From an uncultured Thermoleophilia bacterium (GTDB taxonomy: Bacteria > Actinomycetota > Thermoleophilia > RBG-16-64-13), in assembly GCA_963749535.1 (NCBI GenBank), contig CAVVNF010000012.1, positions 24,754 to 88,753 of the forward strand: DNA of 64,000 nucleotides, given 5' to 3'. Numbering within the stretch: position 1 is the stretch's first letter; each line of letters opens with the position of its first letter. Below are positions 30,851-39,953 of this stretch, piece by piece. The notes under the pieces are model-generated. The model made no database searches, had not been told where the DNA came from, and worked only from the letters and a program-made list of their open reading frames with translations. A program made the position numbers and the translations under genes.

Positions 30851-30999
30851 TGGAGACTGAGCACGTTGAAGATGGCAACGCATTCCCCATGCGTTGGGAA
30901 CCGGCTGGCTTCGGGGTTCGCGCAACCTGGGAAGTCGCGCAGCCGGGGAGGTCACGGCGCTTCGGCAATCACAAGGATTATGCCCGCGGCTGCGTGAGC
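30850..30999 (+). CDS. Candidate small ORF (49 aa) overlapping the mnmE stop
   Basis: The ATG overlaps the mnmE TGA (TGATG). Product METEHVEDGNAFPMRWEPAGFGVRATWEVAQPGRSRRFGNHKDYARGCVS. It falls below the ORF-track length cutoff. Third-position G/C is about 70% by hand count. I recognised no homologue. Confidence 0.2.
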
Positions 31000-31192
31000 T
31001 GATACACAAGACGTTATGGTAGTCAGGCTGCAAATGGTCAGAGAAGACAAGAAGGATAGAATGCTTCCCGACAGGTCAGAGGAAACGCGCATCGACTTAG
31101 GCTGCGCGAGTGCTCGGCCAGCGCCAGGGGCCAAATCATGCCCGCCCGGAGGCCGCATCCGGGAAAGTGGCACTCACCCGAGAACGCCAGCC

Positions 31193-32785
31193 ATGCCTCG
31201 GCCGGCGGTGATAGTCGTTGGGGCCGGTGTTTCTGGCTGCGCGTGTGCCGCCTCTCTTGCCGCATCAGGGGCGCAGGTAGTGCTTGTCAATAGCGCCCTG
31301 GATATTCTGGGCCTCCCTGGCTATGGTCCGGCATTGATCCCTGCGCAGGGTGGGTGGACAGAGTTGGCAAATGTAATGAGCGGCCTTCCTGGCCCTCTCC
31401 GTTGGGCGTGGCTGGGCTCCGCAAGCGTCTTGAAGGACGGTAGCCCGTTGCTGCTTGTAGACCGGCGGGCGGTAAGCCTCGAGACCAAAAAGGCCCTTGA
31501 GAGCATGGCCGGAATCGCCTTTCGGCAAGGCCTCGTCGTGGACATAAGGCCCGCTGCCGAGGGAAAGGCGGTCACCGGTAAGGAAGGCGGCCTACCGACA
31601 GAGTTCACAGCTTCCCACGCGAGGTCGGGGCTAGCCGAGTCGGACGCGGCGCCGGACGAGTCGATGGCAACCTCGCCTGACACCGCCGCGGCGGGGGCGC
31701 AAGTAGGCGCGCGAGGTGACTCCTGTCGTTGCGCTGCGCCCATCGCCGGGCGGGTCGAGGTAGAGACAGAATTCGGGGAAGTGTTCTCGGCGGACGCGGT
31801 CGTCATTGCCGTGGGCCTCGGGTTGGGTGGACGGATAGCTGTCGGCAGTGATGCCATGACCGGGGGCCGGTACGGCGAGGTGGCCGCCGATGCGTTGCGG
31901 CATTCACTCGAGGGTCGGGGCGTCAGATTCGAAAGGGTACACATGCACGTGGGCAGAGAGGTTTCCGGTAGCCGAGTATGTAGCTTTGAACGCATAGCCG
32001 GTGCCCTGGCGGATTCCGAAGACATGGGGACCATTACGGTGAATGGGCTCCTTGACGGATCGCAGAAGAACAGCGGTGACGGACCGGTAGCTGCTCTGGA
32101 TGCGGTACGTGACTCCCTCATGGACATTGCTCGAGGCGGCACAACGGGCGACGTGATGAAAGCTGAAGGGTGGCCGCCCGACTACCCGCAAGCGCCGCAC
32201 AGAATGGGTGGGCTTCGGCTCAGCCGAGCGCTGGTCCGGCGTCAGCCCGGGGGGCCATTCCGCAGCCGACGCGAAGACGTCTCTTTGGACGCCGGAGAGA
32301 ACGGACTCACGTTCACCGCGGCGTGCGAGCAGGCGTTTTCGGGGACCGCGAAAAGTGACTTGACGTCTCTACCGGGTATCGCTCGTTGTGTGGCCATTGA
32401 TGCTCTGGCGGTCGAAACCGGGGCGAAGGGCTCAGTCTACCGCCAGGGACTCGGTCCGGAACTGCTCGTCAGCCCGGATAGCGGCGGCACGGCGGAGCTC
32501 TATGTCCGGCCCGGTGAAGAAGAAAGGCTGGAGCAGCATTTCCCCGCTTGTCGGCTGGAGCACGTTATTGCCGCGGATGTCATCGCGGCTCTGGATACCG
32601 CCGGACGCATCCGTGAATTGCCAGGCGTTTGGGCGGCTGGTCAGGCGGCAGGGGCCGTCGGCTATCTTGAAAGTCTGCGGTTGGGCGTCGAAGTGGCCGG
32701 CGCGGTCATGTCCGAGCTGGAGCGAACTATGGTCGAGTTGGAAAGCGCGTGCCCTCCAATCCCCGGTCCCGGGGACATCGAGTAG
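31193..32785 (+). CDS. Divergent MnmG/TrmFO-superfamily FAD-binding paralogue lacking the MnmG C-terminal domain
   Basis: AVIVVGAGVSGCACAASLAASGAQVVLV (Rossmann). Blocks collinear with the adjacent MnmG: ALDILGLPGYGPALI vs HLDKIALMPCNPAIGG; AVVIAVGLGLGGRIAVGSDAMTGGRYGE vs AVILATGTFLRGKIVIGDRSYAAGRVGE; GVWAAGQAAGAVGYLESL vs SLFSAGQLNGTSGYEEAA. ATG 31193 was chosen as the start. Confidence 0.6.
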   Translation: MPRPAVIVVGAGVSGCACAASLAASGAQVVLVNSALDILGLPGYGPALIPAQGGWTELANVMSGLPGPLRWAWLGSASVLKDGSPLLLVDRRAVSLETKKALESMAGIAFRQGLVVDIRPAAEGKAVTGKEGGLPTEFTASHARSGLAESDAAPDESMATSPDTAAAGAQVGARGDSCRCAAPIAGRVEVETEFGEVFSADAVVIAVGLGLGGRIAVGSDAMTGGRYGEVAADALRHSLEGRGVRFERVHMHVGREVSGSRVCSFERIAGALADSEDMGTITVNGLLDGSQKNSGDGPVAALDAVRDSLMDIARGGTTGDVMKAEGWPPDYPQAPHRMGGLRLSRALVRRQPGGPFRSRREDVSLDAGENGLTFTAACEQAFSGTAKSDLTSLPGIARCVAIDALAVETGAKGSVYRQGLGPELLVSPDSGGTAELYVRPGEEERLEQHFPACRLEHVIAADVIAALDTAGRIRELPGVWAAGQAAGAVGYLESLRLGVEVAGAVMSELERTMVELESACPPIPGPGDIE

Positions 32786-32787
32786 CG

Positions 32788-34743
32788 ATGCAATCCCACA
32801 CGGAATGGAAATACGACGTCATTGTGGTGGGCGGCGGTCACGCCGGGTGCGAGGCAGCCCTCGCCTCAGCCCGCATGGGATGCCGGACGGCCTTGGTCAC
32901 ACTTCACTTGGACAAGATCGCTCTGATGCCGTGCAATCCCGCGATAGGGGGCGTCGGCAAGGGACAACTGACGCGGGAAATCGATGCGTTGGGCGGAGAG
33001 CAAGGCCGCAACGCGGACAAAGCGTTTATTCAGATAAAGATGCTGAATACATCCAAAGGACCTGCTGTTCGGGCATTGCGCGCTCAGGCCGACAAGAGAC
33101 TCTACGAGGACTGGATGAAGGTCGTGCTCTCCCGTACGCCCGGACTTGATCTGGTTCAGGGTGAAGCGGAGGCCCTCATTGTTTCACGTGAAACAATAAG
33201 AGGCCTTAGGTTGGCCGATGGTCGGGTGCTTCTGGCGCAGGCCGTCATTCTAGCGACCGGGACGTTCCTTCGCGGAAAGATCGTGATCGGTGACAGGAGC
33301 TACGCTGCTGGCAGAGTTGGCGAACTACCGGCGCAACGCCTGTCGGGAAGTCTGATCGCCAACGGGCTTCGATTGGAACGATTCCAGTCTGCCACGCCCC
33401 CTCGCATTGACGGTGACACCATAGATCGTGGCCGGATGCTGGAGCAGCCCGGCGACTCTGGGGATCTTTCGTTTTCGCACTGGGCAATCCCCTCGCCACG
33501 CAAGCAGGTGTCCTGCTATCTCACACACACCACGAGGCAAACTCACGACGTGGTCGCAAAGCACCTGCACCTAAGCCCGCTGAAGAGCGGTTCGATCAGC
33601 GGCAAAGGTCCCCGGTATTGCCCGTCGATCGATCGAAAGTTGATCAATTTTCCCGACAAGGAGCAGCACCCTGTCTTCGTTGAACCTGAAGGAATCCTCA
33701 CAAAGGAGATGTACCTGCAGGGGTTGACGACTAGTCTGCCCGTATTTGTGCAGGAATTGATCATTCGGGCAACTCCGGGCTTGGAACAGGCGCGCCTAGT
33801 GAGGCCTGGTTATGCGGTCGAGTACGACTACCTCCCGCCCGAGCAGCTTACGCTGGCTCTCGAGACCAAGGCCGTGCGCAGCCTATTCTCGGCCGGACAA
33901 CTAAACGGTACTTCCGGCTACGAGGAGGCTGCGGCACAGGGACTTATGGCCGGAATCAACGCGGCACTCCGAGTTCGGGACCAACCCCCGTTCATCTTGA
34001 GGAGGGACCAGGGATACATCGGAGTGCTGATAGATGACCTGGTGACCAAGGGCGTTGATGAGCCCTACCGGATGTTCACGTCTCGGGCGGAATACCGTCT
34101 GCTGCTCAGGCACGACAATGCGGGGGAGAGACTCTGTCCGCTCGGCCACTCTCTGGGCCTTATCAGTTCGCAGCAGTTGGCCCAAGTGGAGGAGAAAGAG
34201 CGGCGGGTTCGGGAATACACTCAGTTGTTGGAAACTTCCTTCGTCAGAGCGAGTCCGGAAACTGACGGGCTGCTCGAGTCGCTTGGCACGGTACCACTTG
34301 AGGAATCCCAAACCGCTGCAAGACTCTTGCGACGACCGCAGGTGACCTTTGATCAACTTCTCGGCATGCTTGCTGAAGATGATCGCGAGCGATTGGAGTG
34401 CGTCCCAATAGAGGTTATGGAGCAGCTAGTCATTCAAGCCCGCTACGAGGGCTATATTCGCCGTCAACTGTCAGACATTCGTCGTCACCGCGCCACAGAA
34501 TCCTTGGCATTTCCAGCGGATTTCGATTACGTGTCGTTGGAAGGTCTGACTTTTGAAGCAAAGGACAAGCTCAACCGGCTACGACCCACCACGCTCGGCC
34601 AGGCGTCTCGTATCCCCGGAGTGTCGCCTGCGGATATTTCTCTGCTCCTAGTGCACGTTCATCGAGCAAACGCCTGGAACGACGGGGCCGAAGAGCGTAG
34701 GAATGCTGGGGCGGCCGAGGGGGCCACCACTGAAACTGGTTGA
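32788..34743 (+). CDS. mnmG: tRNA uridine 5-carboxymethylaminomethyl modification enzyme MnmG (GidA)
   Basis: YDVIVVGGGHAGCEAALASARMG, MPCNPAIGGVGKGQLTREIDALGG, KGPAVRALRAQADK, GQLNGTSGYEEAAAQGLMAGINAAL and the full C-terminal helical domain. Confidence 0.93.
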   Translation: MQSHTEWKYDVIVVGGGHAGCEAALASARMGCRTALVTLHLDKIALMPCNPAIGGVGKGQLTREIDALGGEQGRNADKAFIQIKMLNTSKGPAVRALRAQADKRLYEDWMKVVLSRTPGLDLVQGEAEALIVSRETIRGLRLADGRVLLAQAVILATGTFLRGKIVIGDRSYAAGRVGELPAQRLSGSLIANGLRLERFQSATPPRIDGDTIDRGRMLEQPGDSGDLSFSHWAIPSPRKQVSCYLTHTTRQTHDVVAKHLHLSPLKSGSISGKGPRYCPSIDRKLINFPDKEQHPVFVEPEGILTKEMYLQGLTTSLPVFVQELIIRATPGLEQARLVRPGYAVEYDYLPPEQLTLALETKAVRSLFSAGQLNGTSGYEEAAAQGLMAGINAALRVRDQPPFILRRDQGYIGVLIDDLVTKGVDEPYRMFTSRAEYRLLLRHDNAGERLCPLGHSLGLISSQQLAQVEEKERRVREYTQLLETSFVRASPETDGLLESLGTVPLEESQTAARLLRRPQVTFDQLLGMLAEDDRERLECVPIEVMEQLVIQARYEGYIRRQLSDIRRHRATESLAFPADFDYVSLEGLTFEAKDKLNRLRPTTLGQASRIPGVSPADISLLLVHVHRANAWNDGAEERRNAGAAEGATTETG

Positions 34744-35431
34744 GAGGGACAGTTATCTCGCCCGCGGCCTAGATACCTGTGCCCAGGATGGTCTAGCCAC
34801 CCTCGGCGACCTGCTTCTATCCTCAAGGACAAATGTTACGGCACTCAAAGATCCGCGAGAAATTGAACGCATGCACTTTCTCGACTCGCTGTCCCTTCTC
34901 GACCTTCCCGAGTTCTCCGCTGCCTCCAGCATCGTAGACATTGGCTCGGGTGCAGGCCTGCCGGCGTTGGTGCTCGCCCTCGCGCTGCCGAACGCCAGGC
35001 TCGTGGCGCTCGAGTCACAAGAAAAGAAGTGCAGGTTCATTCGAAAAGCATCGCAAGAACTTGGCCTTTCCAACCTGTCAGTCGAGTGCGCAAGAGCGGA
35101 GGACTACGCGCGAGGCGAGAGGAGAGCGTCGTTCGGCCTCGCAGTCTCACGGGCCCTTGCTCCCTTGGCCGTCGTCGCCGAACTTTCCCTTCCGCTTCTG
35201 GAGCTAGGCGGGGCGATGGTCGCCATGAAGGGGTCTGTCTCCAACCAAGAGCGTACGCAAGGCGAGAAGGCCCTCGCTATACTGGGGGCTGAGTCTATGG
35301 ATATGGTTCGGCTGCACCCGTTCCCGGGAGACGAAAATAGGTGGGCGTGTGTGGCTGTCAAGCGGCGGGAGACGGATTCCCGCTTTCCTCGTCGCTCTGG
35401 AATGCCGGCTAAAAGGCCGCTTGGAGCATAA
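34703..35431 (+). CDS. rsmG: 16S rRNA (guanine527-N7)-methyltransferase RsmG
   Basis: IERMHFLDSLSLL and the SAM motif IVDIGSGAGLPALVLALA. It overlaps the mnmG 3' end by 41 nt if ATG 34703 is the start. Confidence 0.85.
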   Translation: MLGRPRGPPLKLVERDSYLARGLDTCAQDGLATLGDLLLSSRTNVTALKDPREIERMHFLDSLSLLDLPEFSAASSIVDIGSGAGLPALVLALALPNARLVALESQEKKCRFIRKASQELGLSNLSVECARAEDYARGERRASFGLAVSRALAPLAVVAELSLPLLELGGAMVAMKGSVSNQERTQGEKALAILGAESMDMVRLHPFPGDENRWACVAVKRRETDSRFPRRSGMPAKRPLGA

Positions 35432-35527
35432 GTATCCACGAAGGAAGTGGACGGCGGCTGGGAAAGTGGCCGCGTTGAGGGAATGGCAGGGCGCATGCGA
35501 CAAGTGTTGAAGACCGCTCAAGAGCCG

Positions 35528-36312
35528 ATGACGAAAGCAGCTAGACCCTGATTTACGCGATCGCAAACCAAAAAGGCGGGGTGGGGAAGACGACTACCGC
35601 CATCAATCTGGCCGCGAACCTGGCCCAGGCGGGGGAGAAGGTCCTCCTCGTCGACATGGATTCCCAGGCCAACGCCACTCATGGCTTGGGCGTCAGAGTG
35701 CCGCGCGGCGAACCCACGATTCTGGAAGTATTGCTGGGAGAGAAGGCGCTAGCCTCAATCATTCGCCCATCCTCGGTCGAGAGGCTGGACGTTGCTCCGT
35801 CGTCACCAGACATGGCGGGTTCGAGCGTGCTGCTGCCAAATCTCGACCGCCGCGAGTACAGATTGAAGGACGCGGTCCAAGAACTGCAGAAGAGCGGCTC
35901 GCATCATGACTACATCTTCTTCGACTGTCCGCCGTCGTTGGGGCTGCTTACAATAAACTCCCTTGTGGCTGCTCATCAGGTGATCATTCCGGTCCAGACG
36001 GAGTACTACGCTCTTGAGGGTCTAGCTCAGCTGATCTCGACGGTTTTCGCGGTACGAGAGAGGCTGAACCCGTCGCTTAAGATTGCCGGACTAGTGCTTA
36101 CGATGATGGACCCGCGCACCATGCTGGCCAGGCAAGTGGAGCGAGAGATCAGATCACATTTCCCGAATCTGAGCTTCAAAACGGTTATTCCCCGCAACGT
36201 CCGCTTGGCGGAGGCGCCGAGTCATGGCTTGCCCGTTTCGATGATCGATCCGCACTGTGCCGGGTCGGACGCTTATTTCGATCTTGCGATGGAGGTTGTA
36301 GGTCATGGCTAA
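35528..36312 (+). CDS. parA: Chromosome partitioning ATPase ParA/Soj, apparent 1-nt deletion at 35546-35548
   Basis: The track ORF starts inside the deviant Walker A (GGVGKTTTAINLA). Upstream in frame is LIYAIANQKGG, with no start before stop TAG 35542. ATG 35528 (MTKAARP) lies in the adjacent frame and joins it across a C-run. Confidence 0.9.
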
Positions 36313-37192
36313 GAGACCGGCTCTGGGCAGGGGTCTGGCAGCGTTGCTGGGCGAGGGCACCGACGCTGAGGGCGCCGCACTGATCGATGACGCTGCCGTT
36401 CTCGGTGGTGGCGGAGTTGTAGATCTGCCTGTTGGGTCTATCAAGCGCAATCGGCGTCAACCTCGCCGTGTCATGGATCCGGAGGCCCTGGAAGAACTTG
36501 CCCAGTCGATAGCCGCAGTGGGTGTGGTTCAGCCGATCATCGTCCGTCAGACTTCTGAGGGCTATGAATTGATCGCTGGCGAGAGGCGATGGCTAGCCGC
36601 GCAGAAAGCCGGGTTTACCGTTGTTCCTGCAATTTTGCGTGGTGCCTCCGATACCGAAAGCCTTGAGATCGCGCTGATCGAGAACGTGGTCCGCCAGCAA
36701 CTGAACCCCGTCGACGAAGCATACGCGCTCAAGATCCTTCTGGAGGACCTCGGCGTCACCCAAGAGAATCTTGCTGCTCGAGTCGGCAAGAGCCGCTCTG
36801 CCATCGCGAACAAGGTGCGCCTGCTGGACCTTCCATCAGGCATCCAGGAATTGATGAGCGCGGGTTCGTTAAGTGAGGGCCATGGGCGCGCGTTGCTAGC
36901 AGTCGGTGAACGCGGGAAACAATTGCGTTTGGCGCGCCGCGCGTCGGAGCGAGGTCTCTCGGTGCGTCAGGTGGAAGAAGAGGTCCGTAGGTTGAACGAC
37001 GTCTCCGGAACGAAGGCTGCGGCCCCGGCGACGGCTTTGGAGCCCGAATTGGCAGACCAGGTCCGAGACAGATTCTTCTCTTCCCTGGGTGTTGTGCCTA
37101 GGCTCAGGCTGCGGGGCAAAGGCGGAAGAGTGGAGATTCCGTTCTCGGACGCGGACGATCTGCGCCGTTTGATGGAGAGACTCGGGTCCTGA
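36305..37192 (+). CDS. parB: Chromosome partitioning protein ParB/Spo0J
   Basis: MAKRPALGRGLAALL, ParB-box region QPRRVMDPEALEELAQSIAAVGVVQPIIV, and HTH ENLAARVGKSRSAIANKVRLL. Confidence 0.92.
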   Translation: MAKRPALGRGLAALLGEGTDAEGAALIDDAAVLGGGGVVDLPVGSIKRNRRQPRRVMDPEALEELAQSIAAVGVVQPIIVRQTSEGYELIAGERRWLAAQKAGFTVVPAILRGASDTESLEIALIENVVRQQLNPVDEAYALKILLEDLGVTQENLAARVGKSRSAIANKVRLLDLPSGIQELMSAGSLSEGHGRALLAVGERGKQLRLARRASERGLSVRQVEEEVRRLNDVSGTKAAAPATALEPELADQVRDRFFSSLGVVPRLRLRGKGGRVEIPFSDADDLRRLMERLGS

Positions 37193-37212
37193 ACTGGCGG
37201 ATGCAGGTCTTT

Positions 37213-37235
37213 GGCCGGTTGACCCGGTCCTTTTT
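37213..37235 (+). terminator. Weak candidate terminator after parB
   Basis: Short GC dyad GCCGG-TTGAC-CCGGT followed by CCTTTTT (T-run 37231-37235). Confidence 0.3.
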
Positions 37236-37306
37236 GACGGGGTCTGGATAGTCGCAGCGGGCAGCGTCCCTGTCCTTCCATCTTCTTATCTCGTGTTTCT
37301 TGTCAT

Positions 37307-37624
37307 GTGTCTTTCGTCATGCGCTTCTCGTCATCCCACGCTCTTGACCATTCGCGCGCGAAGGTGGACAGTACTTCCCTCACTGAGGCGTTGACAAAAG
37401 CTGTCGCCAACGCGCGTGAGAAGGCGCAAGCCCTTGCTGAAGCCCAGGGAGTCAAGTTGGGCGGGGTTGTCTCTATGACAGAGGGCACAGTGGATCAGCC
37501 GACGATTCCGCAGTACGACAGCGCCAAGACTGCAACTGGAAGCTCGGTCGAAAAACCGCCGGTCAGCGCCGGCACCGTCGAGATCACCGGGAGCATGACG
37601 GTCATGTACAGCCTTACCAATTGA
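37307..37624 (+). pseudogene. SIMPL (DUF541) domain fragment, C-terminal ~90 aa only
   Basis: ALTKAVANAREKAQALAEAQGVKLGGVVSMTEG...VSAGTVEITGSMTVMYSL matches only the C-terminal part of ~230-aa SIMPL proteins. There are only 114 nt between the parB stop and this ORF, so no room exists for the N-terminal half. Confidence 0.5.
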
Positions 37625-37702
37625 AAGCGAAGCTCAGCCTGGGCTCGAACGTTCTGATGATCGGCCGGTCTTGCCCGCCACACGTCCTGTTATTATGGGC
37701 GC

Positions 37703-38404
37703 ATGGGATTCCGGATCGTCATCGAGAAGACCCAAGATACATGGGTGCTTGAGCTCACGGTGAGCTTGACGCGGGTCGAGAGCGCGGAAGTCTTCGTGTC
37801 GGGAGATACCCTGCTCCAATGGCCGGAAGACGGCCTGCGGTCAGTGAGCAATCTTCCTCTTCAGCGCACAACGATGTTTATCTCTGAGGCGGCCGCTCGG
37901 TCCGAGGGAGTCCGCCTCGAATATGCCACCGAGAAGCAGGCTGCGAGTGCTGCGGCGATGCTTCGAACAGAACTGGAAGAAGCCGGTATCCAAGAAGAGT
38001 CGCGGACGTCGCCAGCAATTCCCGGGAGGTCTGTGGATCTCTTTAGGGAGGCACTGGCCGAGTACCTCACGCTTCCGGGGATGCGAGCGGCGATATTGGT
38101 TTCTGACCAAGGACTCATGATCAGCGGGGTCGCCATCGACGGCGTGGACACCGTAAGTATTGCGGCGCTCATCGTCGACACGATTTCTTCGGCTCAAAGA
38201 CTGGGCGCGCAGGCTCGGGGCGGATCTCTAGGCACTATGACAGTGGAGTACGAGAACTTGAGTCTGATCGTCGCCCCATTTTCATCCGAGGTGATGTTGG
38301 TCCTAGTCGCTGAACCCGGTTCAATGGCGGCGGCATCTCCTCGAACGGGACGCACGGCTCCCGAGGATACGTCTGATTCCCGAGGTGTCGGCGCGCCGGA
38401 GTAG
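37703..38404 (+). CDS. Roadblock/LC7 (MglB-like) domain protein with an unrecognised N-terminal domain
   Basis: The C-terminal half, LTLPGMRAAILVSDQGLMISGVAIDGVDTVSIAALIVDTISSAQRLG...GTMTVEYENLSLIVAPFSSEVMLVLVAEPG, fits the Roadblock/LC7 pattern. Confidence 0.6.
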   Translation: MGFRIVIEKTQDTWVLELTVSLTRVESAEVFVSGDTLLQWPEDGLRSVSNLPLQRTTMFISEAAARSEGVRLEYATEKQAASAAAMLRTELEEAGIQEESRTSPAIPGRSVDLFREALAEYLTLPGMRAAILVSDQGLMISGVAIDGVDTVSIAALIVDTISSAQRLGAQARGGSLGTMTVEYENLSLIVAPFSSEVMLVLVAEPGSMAAASPRTGRTAPEDTSDSRGVGAPE

Positions 38405-38478
38405 TCCTCGCTCAGTCCTGAGGTGTCTTGAAACCTCAGGCGGGCGGTCGTTGGGCCCTTCCAAGGGTCACGCCGGGG

Positions 38479-39021
38479 TCACCTCGGTGATGGATTCGGC
38501 TGGAGGTGAGTGCCGATTTGTTTTCCCGTGACGTAATCTAAGAAGCCGATCACTTCGACGCTGCCGGCAGTCACGGAACTAGAAGCGGGGAAAGTCGCCT
38601 CGGTCGTCGTCGCGGTGCCCCGGTCCGATCCTGGCGCCAGAGGTTGGCTGGGGCCGAGTATCCCCCAGACCTCCCACACAAGCCGGGGCGGATCCATGAT
38701 CGTGAGAGCCACGCCGGCTCGAGTATAGTAAACGTACGGCTTCCTATCGGGGAAGTAAAGCAGCTTCACCTTGGTCGGTCTCAGTGAGCTGGCCGAGAAG
38801 ACCGCTTTCGCCTGGCTCAGCGCCTTGCCCGAGTTGCTGAGTTGTGCGGAGCCCGAGGCACGAAGCAAGGCTACGATGAAACCGTACGCTCTGATAGGGT
38901 GAGTCGCGTACTCACCGTCCTGATTCGGCGAAGTGAACCGTTCGGCGATGGGGAGCGGAAGGGCCAACAGCAACAGAATCACCGCTGGGATAATCCAAAA
39001 CAGATGGCGTACGGGTCGCAT
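38479..39021 (-). CDS. Hypothetical membrane-anchored or secreted protein
   Basis: N-terminal hydrophobic helix MRPVRHLFWIIPAVILLLLALPLPIA. I recognised no family. Confidence 0.45.
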   Translation of the reverse strand: MRPVRHLFWIIPAVILLLLALPLPIAERFTSPNQDGEYATHPIRAYGFIVALLRASGSAQLSNSGKALSQAKAVFSASSLRPTKVKLLYFPDRKPYVYYTRAGVALTIMDPPRLVWEVWGILGPSQPLAPGSDRGTATTTEATFPASSSVTAGSVEVIGFLDYVTGKQIGTHLQPNPSPR

Positions 39022-39150
39022 GCGGCAGAGTTCCCTCCGAGTCTCACCATCGGGGCGCCCGGATCAACCGTGCCCGGTTCGGTTCCCAAGGTGTCTCGAA
39101 CCAGATTATCCTTCAGGAGGGTGGAAAACGCCACGTGGGAAGGAGCGCCG

Positions 39151-39672
39151 GTGCTCGGCCAAGGCAGGATCATAGTCAATACCGGAGATGGCAAGGGGAA
39201 AACCACCGCAGCTTTTGGCACCGTCTTTCGAGCGGCCGGCCACGGACAGAGGATAGCCGTGGTTCAGTTCATCAAGGGCGAGTGGAACTATGGAGAGGTT
39301 CGAGCGGCTGAGAAGTTCTCGAACGTAGAAATCACCAGGATCGGGGCGGGTTTCACATGGCTGGCCAAGGATCCAGAAGAGTCCCGGAATCTGGCTCGGG
39401 AGGCCTGGACCAAATGCCTTGAACTAGGAACGAGCGAAGAGCTCGACCTGCTTGTGATGGATGAGCTGAATTGCGCGGTGGCCGAGGGCTTCGTCGGTGT
39501 GGAAGAGGTTGTCCAATTCCTTCGGCAGAAGCCGCCTCGTCTTTCTGTGATCATCACTGGGAGAGACGCGCGGGCAGAGATCATTGATGTCGCGGATACC
39601 GTGACGGACATGAGATGCATCAAGCACGCCTTTGCTCAAGGAGTGCCTGGTCGGCGCGGCATAGAGTATTGA
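39151..39672 (+). CDS. cobO: Cob(I)yrinic acid a,c-diamide adenosyltransferase (CobO/CobA/BtuR type)
   Basis: GRIIVNTGDGKGKTTAAFGTVFRAAGHGQRIAVVQFIKG...LLVMDELNCAV...VIITGRDA...DTVTDMRCIKHAF. GTG 39151 is preceded by GGAAGGAG. The track ORF start at 38842 overlaps the divergent gene. Confidence 0.85.
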   Translation: MLGQGRIIVNTGDGKGKTTAAFGTVFRAAGHGQRIAVVQFIKGEWNYGEVRAAEKFSNVEITRIGAGFTWLAKDPEESRNLAREAWTKCLELGTSEELDLLVMDELNCAVAEGFVGVEEVVQFLRQKPPRLSVIITGRDARAEIIDVADTVTDMRCIKHAFAQGVPGRRGIEY

Positions 39673-39953
39673 CCTGCCTCAGGCCGCTTCATGGTGGCAG
39701 GACCATCAGACCATCACGGTCGACGAGTCGACGGTTGGCTTGCCGCAGTCACGTGCCCGAGGCGACTGGCCACGGCAAGATCCCTACATCCAGCAACATA
39801 GGCGTAGTCTGCCGCGGGTCCCGGAGCAATCTCCCGGAGCCATCGGCGCGCCGCATTGGAGGGCGTATCGGGCATCGGTCGGGCGGTCCGCAGGGCACTC
39901 CGCACGAGAGACGGCGCGCGGACGCTCCAGTCATTACTCCAGTCAGGCGAACG

